From Vicugna vicugna (lineage: Eukaryota): a stretch of DNA of 64,000 nucleotides. The stretch is from contig MU058418.1 of NCBI GenBank assembly GCA_013265495.1, forward strand, positions 1,824,917 to 1,888,916, read 5' to 3'. Both the position numbers and the translations under genes were made by a program. This document shows positions 1 to 14,200 of this stretch, in pieces (position 1 is the first letter of the stretch; each line of letters opens with the position of its first letter). The notes below the pieces were generated by a model. That model searched no databases. It worked only from the letters and a program-made list of their open reading frames with translations, and was not told the DNA's origin.

Positions 1-350
1 GTGTTTTGATAGGTGGACTTAATCCATTTACACTTATAATAGTTACTAACATTTTAAAACTTATTTCTACCAGACTTATTTTTGTGTCCTTTTTTCTTTT
101 TTCCTACCTTCTATTGTATTTACAAGACCCATTCCTATCCCTCACCCCACTTGCTTGGGAAACTCTAGGTTGCATTTCCATTCTTTTAGTAGCCACTTTG
201 AAGTTTTTGACATGCATTATACATTTTCCTAGAAGACTGTAAAATTACTGGTATTTCTTTTCTAAACATCCCTGCTTTAACTCCATTGAAGCCCAGTGTA
301 ACTCCCCATTAAACACCCTCAAACCCTGCTCAAGCTAATCTTACTATCTT
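1..350 (-). mobile_element. ancient L1 (L1M) fragment
   Basis: T-rich, with ttaatccatttacac typical of antisense L1; boundaries approximate. Confidence 0.45.
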
Positions 351-2128
351 TTTCTTATAGCTTATATTTTACCACTTTTTCAAACACATAAAAAAGGTTT
401 TTGATTTGTTTATCAACAGTTAATTAATTAAATTGTACTTATTTTTGAAAAAACACTATTGAAACAATTCTTAAGAATCTCTTTTCTGAGATTTTAAATA
501 AGGGCCCAGTGCCAGCCTCACACAGAGTAGGTACTCAGTAAATGGAACCCACCTTATCCCAACCCAAAATAAACAGTTGATTATTTCTTTAACACTCAGC
601 CTGAGTACTCAGCAGGCATGGACTCCTCTGAGTTGGATCCATTTCATGGAGAGTGGTCAAATACTGACCTCTCCTTATGTTAATTTTGTGAATATTGTAC
701 ATGACTGTGTAGCAAGCTGAATGATGCAGGATTAAATGTTCTCATTTCTGAGCTCTAAAGTGTTGAAAGTGATCAGGAAATGAAGGCAGAATGTCCATCA
801 TTTGGGAGAAAAATCAGGCAGTCTCTGTTGCTGCTACTCTTGGCTACTGGTTGGAATGCAGCTGTTAAGGCAGCTATTTAACTGTTTGCCCAACTTGAAA
901 GGACACTGCCAAGTGGCAAATATTTTTTGTAACAACATCTTACTTTTGCTGAGAACAACAACAGTGTGTTTTATTGCGCTCCAGCAGTGTGCCAAACATG
1001 ACAGATTTATAACTCTGCAGGTTCACAACCTAGATGGAACACGATGCTCATTTCCATTTTTAATATTCATAAAAAGAATAAATCGGCTCCCAAAGGCAGC
1101 CTCTACACAAAACATCTCGACAGCTTATTTGTTGGAAAACAGCAGCAGATTAACTTGAGAAAATGAAATACCACTGAAAAGGAAAAGTGAAAAATCTTAG
1201 AATTGTCAAAGTTAAAAAGGAAGGCTTAAATATTTTAAACCTCTTTAATGTGGCCTAAGAGTTACTTTACCCCTTCTTGTCCAGGACAGACGAGGGCAGC
1301 AGTAGCACAGGAAACACGTCATCTCCTGTGTCCTCTGCAATTCATGGGTTTCATTCTGGGTCATGATCTATCTTGTTAATTGAAATACTGACGTTAGTAT
1401 TTAGCAAATGATTCTGTTGAATCTGACAGACTGTGAACTGGGTGAGATGGTGGGAGTAGTTATCAACTATTTTATTTAATGGTAAAAGCTGTATGACAAA
1501 TAGAAGCATTCAAAATTAAAAAAACACAGTCAAATGCCTAAGCATGATTTTCTTTCAAACCCAAAAGTTCATGGATCATGATCATGTTAGGTAGCTCTCC
1601 ACTCTCACTGTCTGCTCCCCCTGGTCAGAAGCTCATGCTTTCAAAAAGGCTTATGGAGAAATACTTTATGCTTGTATTAGGATTAGGATCCCTGTGGATC
1701 CTGTACACACCTATTGTTTGCTCCAGTTGAAGTGATATTAGATATCAGCAATAACCACCATTCATAGCATTTAGCATGTAATACCCACAAGTCTTTGTGA
1801 AGACTGTGGAGGTCAGGCACCGGGGATGCAATCTCATTCAATACACCCTCACAGCCAAATCTGGAGCAAAGATGTTTCTAAAGGTGAGCTAGGCTGAACA
1901 AGGATGGTCAATGGAGATTTTCTGTACTGTTTACTAAATGGTAATTAACTCATAGATGACAACAGTCTAGTCCAGCCATTTCTCCAAATTGCAGAAGCAT
2001 ACATTCTACAAAATTGACATGATTTCTTGGACAGAGATAGAGCAAGTCCCACAAACTGGGTAATGGTCACCAAGGAAGTTAGCCACAAGTTTTGTATTCT
2101 CTTTTTTCAGGGATCAGAAAAATAGTGG

Positions 2129-2274
2129 ATGGAAACCATGGATGAAATTTATAAGATCGCTTGCACAGAAAGGATCCAGCTATTGGAAAAAGAACTGACT
2201 GTGCAATTGACTGAAATGAAGTCCGAGATAGAAGAACAGGGGACTCTTCAGAGGTCAGCTCATCCAGCTTACAG
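2129..2274 (+). CDS. CCDC162: coding exon 1 (exon begins 2111): [48 protein letters not shown]
   Basis: Acceptor ttttttcag|2111; ATG 2129; second in-frame ATG 2138 in ACCATGG context; donor AG|gtaaaa, phase 2. Confidence 0.88.
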
Positions 2275-5200
2275 GTAAAATGTGACAGTGTGAAGGCATG
2301 GTCTTCAGGGGCTTTATCTCTACTCTGACCCCATAATCTCCATCAGCACCCCTTCTCCTTTTTAGTTGGACAATTGGCATTATCTCAAGCTCAGACTTGA
2401 TTGCTGCCCCTAAGGTTTTCCTATATTCTAGAATTGTCAAGGCATTTAGAGACAATGTGCTACCAAAGAAAATGGAAAAGTACTCTTCATTTGATAAATA
2501 CCATTTCTTCAAGTTCCAGAAGCTATTATACAAATCACACACAATGAAAAGAAATCTCATTTTCTCCAATAATATATTATATGAATTTGACCTTGATTTT
2601 GATGAGAAATTTCAAAACAGAAATAATGTGAGGTGTTTGGTAATGAAATGATGCAAAATGATTCTGCAAAATGATGATCTATTAGGAGCTATTCTATAGG
2701 TAAATGCTGCCAACGATAGCAATCAAAATCTTTTAGAGAAACCAGGTAGCCAGATTAGCCCCAAAGTGGCAAGTCTCATAGTCCAAGACATTTATGTCCC
2801 TGTTTCTGTTACTGCCACAATTGATCAAGAAGAGTAGTTAAAAGGACCCTGTTAGGTTGAGTAGCTGAGAAAACACAATAGGGATGGTGAGGGTTGGGGA
2901 GAGAAGGTCAGGAGAAGAAGCAATAAGTAAGTACATGAATACCTCCTTCTGAAGATGATTTTGAAGAACCAGTATTTAGTGTGTTTTATAATTTGGTATT
3001 TAAAGCCCTGGGGTGTATGAAGCAGATCGAGGATTGTGTGATGAAGCGGAAAGGGAATGAAACCGTGCAAGGCATAATTTCTCCCAGCTTTGTTTGAAAG
3101 ACGAGGTTAAAAATATGTACCTCACCTACCTTATAAAGATCAGTTGAGATCATTCATGCTAAAGCACTTTGAAAACCAGAAAACACCACAGGAAGATCAA
3201 GTGTTGATATGGTTACAACTTAAATATCAGACTGGCAGGCAAGGAGCTCCCCACTGTACATTGTGATAAGAAAAGCTTCCTGAAGTCCCTTTTAGGACAA
3301 AATGATGGGTAATCTCCAGATACCTGTATTCTCTACTCCCCAAACCATCAAACACTACATCTGAACAATCTAACTATTAATCCAACAAAAACTTACTGAT
3401 CACCTTATGTTTGTCAGGTGTGTTCAGTTTTGGAGTCCAAGGAAAATATCCACTCCTGGTAATGACTTTAGCATTCTCTTTCCCTACTAGACTGAAAAAA
3501 TCTATTGAGAAGAGGAGGATAACCATGCCATAGTCATTTCTTCCTTCCTTCCTTCCTCCCTCCCTTCCTTCCTGCCTTCCTTCCTTCCTTCCTTCCCTCC
3601 CTCCCTCCTTTCTTCCCTTTCCTTCCTTCTTTCTTTGTTTTCTTTTTTCTTTTCTTTTCTTTTCCTTTCTTTCTCCCTCTCTTTCCCTTTCTTTCTCTTT
3701 CTTTCTCTTTCTTCCTTTCTTTCTTTCTTTCTCTTTCTTTCTTTCTTCCTTTCTTCCCTTTCTTTCCTTTTTTTCCTTTCATTCTTTTCATTCTTTCCCT
3801 CATTTTGCCCCCATAAGCCCAGGTCTTTGTAGTTGTTAAGTGCTTCATAGATGCTTGCTGAAAGCTTAGATGAATGAATGAATGTATAGTACATGAATAA
3901 TGCTTGATGAACAAATGAGTGACTCTCTCTTTGTGGGCTTATGTACCCACAACTTTTGTTCACCAATCCCTTTTAGGCCATTCACAGACACTTTGAGGTT
4001 AATTGAGAAGAAAGTCATAATCTGAGCAGAGAAGGTCAGGGCAGCCAAGCCCAGGACCCCATCCAATCTCCCTGCCTGCCAAAGAATTAGGAGATAAGAG
4101 GGCAGGGAAGGGATGTGGTTCTTCTGTTTCCCTGACCGCCTAGTAGCTGGTCCTAGTTAGTTACTGGCTCTCCACTTCCATGAGGCTACAGCCAGGATTT
4201 AGGTGCCCAGTAATGACGAAAATTATTAATGCTTTTACCCTCAAGGCCCTTGGAACTTGATGTTTTTTGGGGTTTTTTTTTCCATCAAAGTCAAGATGTG
4301 AGAAGATAAAGGAGGCATTACCTCCAACTGCAGCTGGAAATTAAACAAAAATGGCTCAGTGGGTTGCTTAGGCTCAAGTGGCTGAGGGGCCTCCTGACTG
4401 TCAGCCTGGTGCTCTTTTCTTAGGATTGCTGCCTCCAGCGGGGACCTGCTGGCAAGCATACAGACTAACAATGCTTTCATCTTCCCTTAAAACTTATCCA
4501 GGGGGACTGATGAGGTCATATGAGCAATGTTAACCTAAATTTTATTGCGTACAGTCCTCCTCTGATCTCAAAGTGGCTTCTCACAGTGTTCTAGAACCTC
4601 CAATGGCTCCCTTGCCAATATTTGCAAAGTCTCATCTTAAGAAAGGGACCCCTGCACAGTGGTTACTATTCCCCGATGTTCCCAAAGCTGCCAAGCTCTC
4701 CCCACCAAATGGGGAGAGCTCCCCTTTTCCTGGCCCAGTGTCCCACCCTCTTATCAGGCCCCAGGGCAGCGCTGCTTGTGTCTCCTCGAGTCAGAGCCCA
4801 CAGTGCAAACAACTCCTTCGTGACTGGGCTTGGACAGCAGTTGTGAAGCTGCTCAAGCAGGCACTTCTGCTACATTTTTTCTAAGGGATAAATAATTTTT
4901 CTAAATCAAAAAGTTTGGTTAAAATCATTTCCAAAGCATTCCATGTTTGATATTTACGGGCCATTTTCACCCCCCAGATAACTGAACAAGAGCACAAAAA
5001 TAAAAACATTTTGTTTAAATGACAAGATACTGGTTTCATGTGTCCACTAGGGTGAGATAGAGGTATGATAAGCACAGTGGTTGTTAGAAATGAGGTTACT
5101 GAAGGAAATACGGGGGGAGGAAAGAAAAATTCTCACTATTGTGCCTCTGCCTGAATTCTGGAGTCAGAAACAGGTAAATCAGGGGTAGAAGGAAAGACCA

Positions 5201-8200
5201 CTTTTGCATGGCGAGGAGAGGAAAAGTGGCCAAGGGAAAGGGGTAGCAGGCATGAGGTGTGCACCAGAGAGATTCCGACTGAGACAGAAGCATGTAGCCT
5301 TTACATGCCCCCAACAATCTGTATAATATGATATACTTATTTAGACATGAGCAGTTGTGAAGAGTTACAGATTAATCAGTGCCTGTCTATAATCTGATCT
5401 ATTATAGCTTCCATAATTACAGCTTCTATTGCATAAACTTTTCTGCAGCTCTATTCGAATACCAAAGGACATTTCTTACTTTAGAAGAGAAAGGGAACTG
5501 GCTCTAAAGAAAACTTTGCAGGTGAGTAGGAGAGTGGGCCATTTCATTACAATGATACGTTAGAGTTTGCTAACTTGTTGCAAACTCTTAGCAAGAAAAG
5601 CTTATTTTTGCAAACAAACAGCTGATATTAGTGATAGTGGTTACAAAGACAGAACAGCTCAATATTCAGCTCACTGCTGGATCAGAGCAGGTCAATACTT
5701 TGGAGATACCTGATTTTTGTAGCATTTTAAACTTTACAGTTCCTTGATTTATGATGTTAAAAGTTGTTATTTGGAAACTTAGGTATAAAAGCATAATATG
5801 TTGTGTAAAAACTATCAGAAATTGTATGTTATTTTCTGTTGTAGACACTGATGGTTTTATTTCCTTCTTTCCTTTTGTCTGCCTTGCTCTGTCTCCTGGG
5901 GTTCAGGTGGCTGAGTCAAAACCTCTTGTTATTCAAGCAGATGTCATGCAGAGGGAGCTAGAGAGCTGCCTAAGAAGAGAGTACACTCCTGAAAACTTAC
6001 CTTTGCTTCTGTTGCAGGTAACAGTCATTTTGCAACTTGAAAAACAGATCTGGAATTTAGTAGAAATGGATGAACAAAGCTGGCTTTCTGTATGTCCTCT
6101 GGCCAGAGTAGGATTTCTCCACAAGTGTGGTCTGCAGAAATGTTCTTCTTTGTTAGAGACCTAAGCTATTTAAGTTCAGCTTAGTTATAGTCACTAAACG
6201 ATTAACTAAGTTTCTACTATTTGCTCCCTGTGCTGGTATTATGAGGCAATATAACATTGACTAAGATAGTCTGAGACCTCAAAAATTGTTGGCTGATGTA
6301 GGGAAGATATTTCTGGAAATCTCTAAAGAAAATAACACAACATGGGGGAAAAGATTTTCCATAAAGATTATTATTGCAGCATTATAATAAAAGTGAAACA
6401 ATAGAAGTTGCCTAAATGTCTAATAATAGGAGAAAGGGTTAAGAAAAACAGTATGATAGTTGATAGAATATTGTTCTGCCCTTAAGCATTTTTTGCATAA
6501 GGAATTATTGTGTTATTATGTAATATTAGTTAACAAAGCTAATATGTGTGTATCATAATAATGGTTATGTATGTATAGAAAAATCACTTGAAGGGCATAG
6601 ACCAAAATGTAGCAATTACTGTTTTGGATGGCAGGATAATGAATTTCCTCTTTTTACTTTTATATATTTTTTGAAAATTTTATAATAAGTATGTATTGTT
6701 TCAGTTTTTTAATTCTTTGTTCTTTACTCTTGTCTTATGAGTTATAGTCTCACTATGCATACAAAGTAGCTCATTAGCAACTAGTTAGCAATTAACTAAT
6801 AAGAGAATCATAAAGAAACAAAAGATTGAGATTCTATTTGCAAGTCAAACTGTTGTCGTTCATTACCTTCATCTAGGATTCTCTTTCCCTGTCATTTCTG
6901 GCACTCTTCATTCCTTTGTATATATATCAGTGCTTCTTATTGGATAAAAGGGGACGGTGGAAATGGGGACATTTGGCAATGTCTTGAGATATTTTTGGTT
7001 GTCACAATTTGGGGAGAGGAGGCAGTTGCTACTGGCATCCAGTGAGTAGAGGCCAGGGATGCTGCAAACATTATACAATGCCCAGGACAACCCCCACCAC
7101 CAAGAATTATTCAGTCCCAAGTGTCAATAGTGCTGAGGGTGAGAAACCTTGGCAGAGTCTAAGTTTCCATATGGTATCATTTATCTTCTGCCTAAAGGAC
7201 TTAATTTAACATTTCTTCTAATACAGATATGCCAGAGGCAAATTCTCTCAGTCTTTGTTTTTTTGAAAAAAGTCTTTATTTGCCTTCATTTTAGAAAGGT
7301 ATTTTGGTTCAATATAGCATTCTAGGTAATAGTTTTTCTCTTTTATCACTTTAAAGATGTTGCTCCACTGTCTTCTGGCTTTCATAGTTTCTACTTCCTA
7401 ACACAACATGTCCTTTTGTTCTGTGGTTGCTTTTAAGATTTTCTCTTAATGATTGTAAGCAATTTGATTGTGATGTTCCTTGATGAGGCTTTCTTTATGT
7501 CTCTCTTGCTTGGAGTTGGTTCAGTTTCTTGAGTTGTGATTTTATCATTTTCAGCAATTAAAAATTTTTTAACTATTATTTCTCCAAATATATTTTCTAC
7601 CCCCATACCTCCTTCTGGAACTCCAAAGATATATATGTTAAATCACTTCATATTGTTCTATAAGTCACTGAGTCATTGTTAAATTTTTTCAGTCCCATCC
7701 ACCGCCCTCAGTGCTTCATTTGGTATATTATTGCTGTGTTGTCAAGTTTACTAACCTTTTCTTCTGCACTGTCTAGTCTGCTGTTAATTCCATCCAATGA
7801 ATTTTTAATTTCATATATTATAGTTTTCATTTCTAGAAGTTAGTATTTGATTATTTTTTGATATTTTTCATTTCTCTCCTTATGTTCACATTTTCCTTTC
7901 AGTTCTTGACTATACTGAGCATATTAATAATAGCTCTTTTAAAGGTTGCTAATTTCATCACTGGTACCATTTCTGGGTCTCTTTCTCTTCATTGATTTCT
8001 CTCCTGCTTATGGGTCATGTCTTCCTGCTTCTCTGCATGTCTAGTAATTTTTTTTTGGACTCCAGACTTTGCAGTTTTACATTATTAAATGCTGATTTTT
8101 AAAAATTCCTTTAATGAGTGTTGGGCTTTATTCTGGCAGGCAATTAATTTGGAGATCAGCTTCATACTTTCAAGGCTTGGTTTTTAAGCTTTGTTAGAGC

Positions 8201-11200
8201 AGATCTAGAATAACCTTTACTCTAGAGATAGTTTATTCTCCTTTACTAAATTTTGACCTCTCTCATGTCTCTGCTGAATGCCCCAGGAGTTCAGTGAGGA
8301 CTCTTCACTCTGTCTGATTGGAACTTGAACATCTCCTAGCCCTATGAACGCTGAGAACTGTTTGGTTTAGTTTTCTAGTTAGTTATTCTTTGCACAGCCT
8401 CATGGAGATTCACCCTCTGTACGCAGGGCTTAATAGTCAGCAAAAAACTCAAGGGATCTCTATGCAGACTTCTGGTGCCCTTTTTTCTCCATGACTTTCT
8501 CCTCTCCAATACTCTGCCCTGCAAACTCCAGCTGACTCAGCTTCCCAAACTTTGCTTTCTGTCTACATAACTCAGAGAGGCCATCGTGCTTTGCTTTTCT
8601 ACTCCATGGTTAAGAAACTGCATTCTTCAGGCAGAAAACCAGGGTGATTGCAGGACTCACTGTATTTATTTCCTTTCTCTCAAGGATAATAATCCTGCCA
8701 TGCCTGTTGTCCCAAGTCAGAAAACAGTTGCCTTGTGTATTTGTCTTATTTTCTAGTTGTTTGTGATGGAAGGGTAAGTCTGGTCATACTTATTCCATCA
8801 TAGCCAATATTATTTTTATCAGAAATAAAATATCCAATGAGTTGGCTTATTTGACTACTTTTAAGTATAAAAAAATTTCTGGTCTAAGGTTAAAAGCTAT
8901 AATCTTACCTGTAATATGCTTTGTATTTTAGACTCATAACTTCAGTTTTTAAAAACTTTTAAGCTCAACTTTAGACAGTTTTACAGGTTTTTATGTCACT
9001 GCTAGAATTGTTGACCAGCTGATAAATGAAACTACAATCTGTTAGATTGGCAACAGATCATGCAGATTTATACATGCCTACTTGCGTTATTTAAATTTGA
9101 ATGGTATGTTGAGCCAGTTTCTTAATTTTGTGATCTTCATGTAGAAAATACGTCTTTCCAAAACAGCTACTTATTTTCCTATTGTTAGTGTTTTTAAGAC
9201 TTAATCCAGTCTTCCTATTATAATTGTATTCTAAGTGTTGATTTTTGTTATTTTTATTAAAGTATTTTACAGAGAGAATTACCCAGCTGGCCCAGAGTAA
9301 ATATTTACACATGCTTAGGTGGAAGAGGTTTTGTCAGCACAGTAAGATCATGGAGCAGCTTTATCCTCTTTACAAGGTAGGAAGCCAATGAACAGGATCT
9401 GTGGGCTATTTTTCATAATGAAACAGAACGGTCACTAGGCTTCTTAATTCACTGTTATTAAATATAGTTATCCTACTGGTACATTAGACCCCTAGACTTA
9501 TTATTCATCCTACCTAACTGCAAATTTGTACCCTTTGGCCATCTCCCCTTTTCCCCCAGCCCCATAGTCCCTGTTTCATTGAATGAAACCACTGTTTCAT
9601 TCTCTGCTTCTATGAGTTTGACCTTTTTTTAAAGATTCCACATATAAGTGATACCATACAGTATTTGTCTTTTTTTTTCTGTCTGTCTTATTTCATGTAG
9701 TATAATGGTTCTCCAGGTTTATTCATGTTGTTGCAAATATTAGATTCCTGTTCATCATGGCTGAATAATATTCCATTTTACAAAAGTACATCTTCTTTAT
9801 CCATTTATCTATCAACAAACTCTTAGATTTTCATATCATGACATTGTGAATAATGCTACAATGGAACATGGAAATCCAGATAGCTCAAGATACTGATTTT
9901 GTTTCCTTTAGATATATGCCCGGAAGTGGGATTGCTGGATCATATGGTAGTTCTATTTTTAATTTTTTGAGGAATTTCCATACTATTTTCATAATAGATG
10001 TACCAGTTTACATTCCCACAAACAATGTAATTGTCCATTTTTTTAAGGTCATAGTTCAAGACAGGAAAAGAACTAATAGATGCCCTTACTTGCCAGTGCT
10101 GCCTGTGGCAGAAGATAATGGTACCAGTTTTTAAGAATGAGATTTGTAGGATGCTTATATGATAGAAAATGCATTTTTCTTCATAGCCCTGGCCTCCTCT
10201 GCTGTGGGTAAAAGGCTAACCAGCAACTCCAGTTACTAAATATCCTTAGGCACTGACTCTTTGCTAGGTCACTCTCCTTCAGACTCCTAAGAATGTGATC
10301 ACTGCCCCGTCAGTCAAATTCAGAATATGGGAGAATTTTGATATTCCAAGAGCCTCTTATTTGGTTCCCAAACAACATTACACTATGTTTGGAAGCAAAT
10401 AACTCAAAGGAATAAGGCTTGCAAATAACCAAGTTCTGTTTTTGCATCTCTCTTAACCAGAAACAAGTTGCCTACATTATGCAAGAATACAATGATGCCC
10501 TTCAGAGAGCGGATAGATTGTCTGTTGCACGAGAAAACTTCCTTATGGGAAAAAAGAATCCTCCTAACTTAGTGACACAGGAAGACCTGACTATTTACAC
10601 AAATTGGTTAGTGTGTCACCTACACTCACTCGAGACTATTCACCACTACCTGCAGGTATGTGCAACATAGTCGTGTGATGATGCGGTGCCTTCCCAGGAT
10701 GGTCAGCACATCGTTTTCTCACACCTGTCACCTAGTTTTGGATTGTCAGTTTCTGTATTCCATCTGCCCTACAAATGGTGGGAAAATAAAGGGTCACTAG
10801 CTTTTTCCTTTGAGACCTTTGAAACTTTTTGTTTTTTGGGGAAACTTGCTCTAGTGAAATGACTCCATTAATTTAGCTTTCTCAAAGATACCTCTGTTGT
10901 CCTAGCTCATATTCACTTTACAAGTTCTCATTTTCATTCTCTTGTTCTGTATTTATGCTCTACAATGTAGATCCACTTTTTAAATATATATATATATATA
11001 TTTTTAATTGAAGTATAGTCAGTTTACAATGTTGTGTAGATCCTTTTTTATTCAGCAACATCTAATGAGGGTCTAATCTATGCCAGATACATGTCCTGGG
11101 TCCATGTAGGGAATATATAATTGCTGAAAGGAAGTGTGTCCCAGGATGGTAGGAAAATGGGCAAATAAATAGTCAACCGAAATGCAATGTGATAAGAAAG

Positions 11201-14200
11201 AACAGAATAAGTATGATCATAGAGTAAAGACAGTCGTAGAGGAGAAGCCCTAACTCAGGCTTGAGGCATCAGAAAAGAGTGACATGATCTCATTTCCATT
11301 TTAGAATTATTTTTATTTTGCCACCTAATCTTTTCTTACTCTTTTGCACCTTATCTCGGTGATACCACCAACCATGAAACCTGGCTATCATCATGACATC
11401 ATCCCTTCAGTCATGATGGGGTGTGCCTCTGAATCATCTCTCCCTGCCTCTCATGGTTTAATAATGATCTGCTCATAGGTCCAAGTCCCCCACTAAATTC
11501 TGAACTCTATGAGATTGGTCCATGTCTTATTCATCTTTGAATCCCTAGCACCTCACACAGAACCTTGTCCATTGTGGGTGGTTAATCAATATAGACCTGC
11601 CTAGAGGTTAAGGTCACTTTGAGTTGGTGATAGACCAGGTCTCCCAGCTCCAGATCTAGCCTCTCATGATTGGGCAGGTCACTGAGGCCCACTCTACCTC
11701 TTTCCTCCTCTTTCAAAGTGAAGCGCTACTCCGGAACCACAATCTGGAAGCTTCTCTGAGAACTGAGTTGATATGTGGCCTCTTGGTTGTGCCCTTCTCT
11801 AGGCCCTCCAGTATTTGCCCATCTCCAAAGTGCTGAGTGTAGCTGTCAACAAAGCCCCTGAGGTTGTTCAAGAAAATGAAAAGGTCCCTGTTGATGACGC
11901 TGACCCTGACATCCATGGTTCTGCATCTCTAGGCTCTGTGAATACCAGCATTTCAGGTAAGAAGTTGTCTTTTCCCCAGGGTGATGGGGAGAAAAGATTG
12001 TGATTGTGCATGTGTGCTGTTTTGTCACCTGATCTTGCTTGAATTTTTCTTTATACCAAAAAGTTTTATCGTCTTAATAAACAAATGTCAATGTAATATT
12101 TTCTGATGGAAAAAAATAATGAACACTTTTCTTAGACAGTATTACCTCCATCTTTGTAACTAGACAATTAAGAAAGAGGAAAAAAGCAATGAATTTGAAA
12201 TCAGGAATTCTGAGCTCTGGTCATATTTTTTTGTGGCCTCACTGTTTACATCATTTCATCTCCTTGGGCCTCAATTTAATCATTTCCAAAATAAATTTTT
12301 CAGATTAAGTGATTTCTAAGATCTCTTTCATTTTTAATATTACATATTTTAAAAGACTTTCTTTATCTGAATCAATTTAATAGTCTTCCTGCCCTTACCG
12401 TGTGTTATAGATGACTAAGAAGTCTGATCAGGTTTTTACTGAGTGATGTATTTACCAAGTACACCTGGAGAGGCAGCCAACCTAGCTGTGGGGAATCAGA
12501 GATGGTGTCTCAAAAGGGATCGTCCAAACTGGGTGTTTAGAGATGAGTTGGAGTGAGCCAGGTGAAAGGAGGTGATAGTTCTCAGCTTCTTCTCATTTGT
12601 TAATTTATAAATCATATTCTTTACTTATCATAAAGGACTCTAGGTAGTTCTACTCCCACTAAGTCATTCCCCAAAGGGTCTGTTGGGTTTCTCCTGCAGG
12701 CTTTGAGAAAGGGGAGCCCTGGCTACCACCCCAGAAAGCCAGCACCAGGAGTTTGTCAGACAGGCCTGGCTGAGTCCAGTGCAGTCTACACATTGTGGTA
12801 GAGAAGGTTGGGCACAGAGCAGAAGAGGCCCTGCCTCCAGTTATCTCAAAGGACCCTCCTTTTCTCACCCTGACTGGTGTTCGTTGGTGTTAATGCTCTT
12901 GATTTGGGAATTTTTTCAGGGCCAGCAAGAACAGAAGCTGCTTTTGTCCTGCCCCAGCACATAACAGAAACAGAAGAACTGAAACCTCAGCTGAGGCTCC
13001 TGCTCTCCCATTTCAACATCCCCTACGACGTAGAAGAGCTAGGAGATGCTGCTAAGGAAATAGAACTTCTTTTCTTGGTACTTGATGAATTCTTTCTTAA
13101 TGGAAATATAGGTGTTCATAAAAGAAAATACTAGTATTTGCCACAAAGTTGGATATTTATACTGCCAGAATTGTTTCTAGAGTGATAAAATATAATAGTA
13201 ACACGGAGAGTTAGACTAGCAGTTGAACTTTTTCTCTGTAAGAGTTATGGGGCTCTTGAATATCCAATCCAGAGGGATAGTAGGATTATTTTTCTGCATA
13301 ATTTGAAGAAAATGGTAGATTATAGTCCATAATATATGATGGAAACATAGCCAAGATTTGGCAGATTTGCATGGTGTTTAGTGTCTGAAGCAATTGGATT
13401 CTCAGAGAGTGTTCCAATAGCTCTCCTGTTGACAAAATGCTTTATATTCAATAGAGTGTATATTGTATAGTGATTTTCTTTGTATACATGTGGACTTATG
13501 ATTTTAATTGTTATCAGTGATAGTACCCAGAACATTCTCCTCAGTCTGGAGGGCACATCAATTAATAAATAATAGCCACAGTTAGTCTCTGGCTTAGCAC
13601 TCAGGGGCCAGATGCTTGGGAATACAGCTTTGCTGACTTCTACACTTGGGCTTGGAGGTTCCTTTTGATCTCATATAGGCCTCTGCTCCCACTTCACATG
13701 CCTCAGGGATCTTCTTAAGCTGCATTCAGAGGTCACCATGTCGTGTTCTCATTTGCACCATCTCCATCTCTTAAGTGGACAGCCATTGCTAGGAGCTAGG
13801 ATAGTGCTTAGGGGACAGCCCCCTCCATCTCTTGTGTAGTGACTTTTAAAGTCATGTAGCCTTCTCTGCTATAACATAGTGTTGCACCTCTTTTGAAAAT
13901 CATATTATCAGAATCCATGCTAAAACTTATTTCAAAGGGGAAAATAGAATTATGTGCAGACAACTTCAAATTTATGATAATAAAGTTTTCAGCCACAGTT
14001 TCAACAATAAAGGTATTTCTAGCTCTGGGTATATAATATTTGTAAGTATATGTATTTGCTAGGTAAAAATAATAAGTTGATTGATCCAAAAAGGCAATGA
14101 TCAAATCTGAATGTTTTTGAAAACTCTGTGTGTAAAAAGGAGCCACTGTTTTCCTCTGTCATTGTTTGCCTTGACCTTGAAGTTTTGCTTCCATGAGTAT

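Noticed and set aside
802..1158. 118-aa + strand ORF upstream of the gene
   Set aside because: Non-ATG start, no recognisable protein features and no phase-compatible link to the CDS, which has an in-frame stop before its ATG
3502..3966. Lys/Glu/Arg-rich ORFs of 154 and 126 aa on the - strand and a Phe/Ser/Leu ORF on +
   Set aside because: They are translations of the TTCC/TTTC microsatellite, which lacks stop codons
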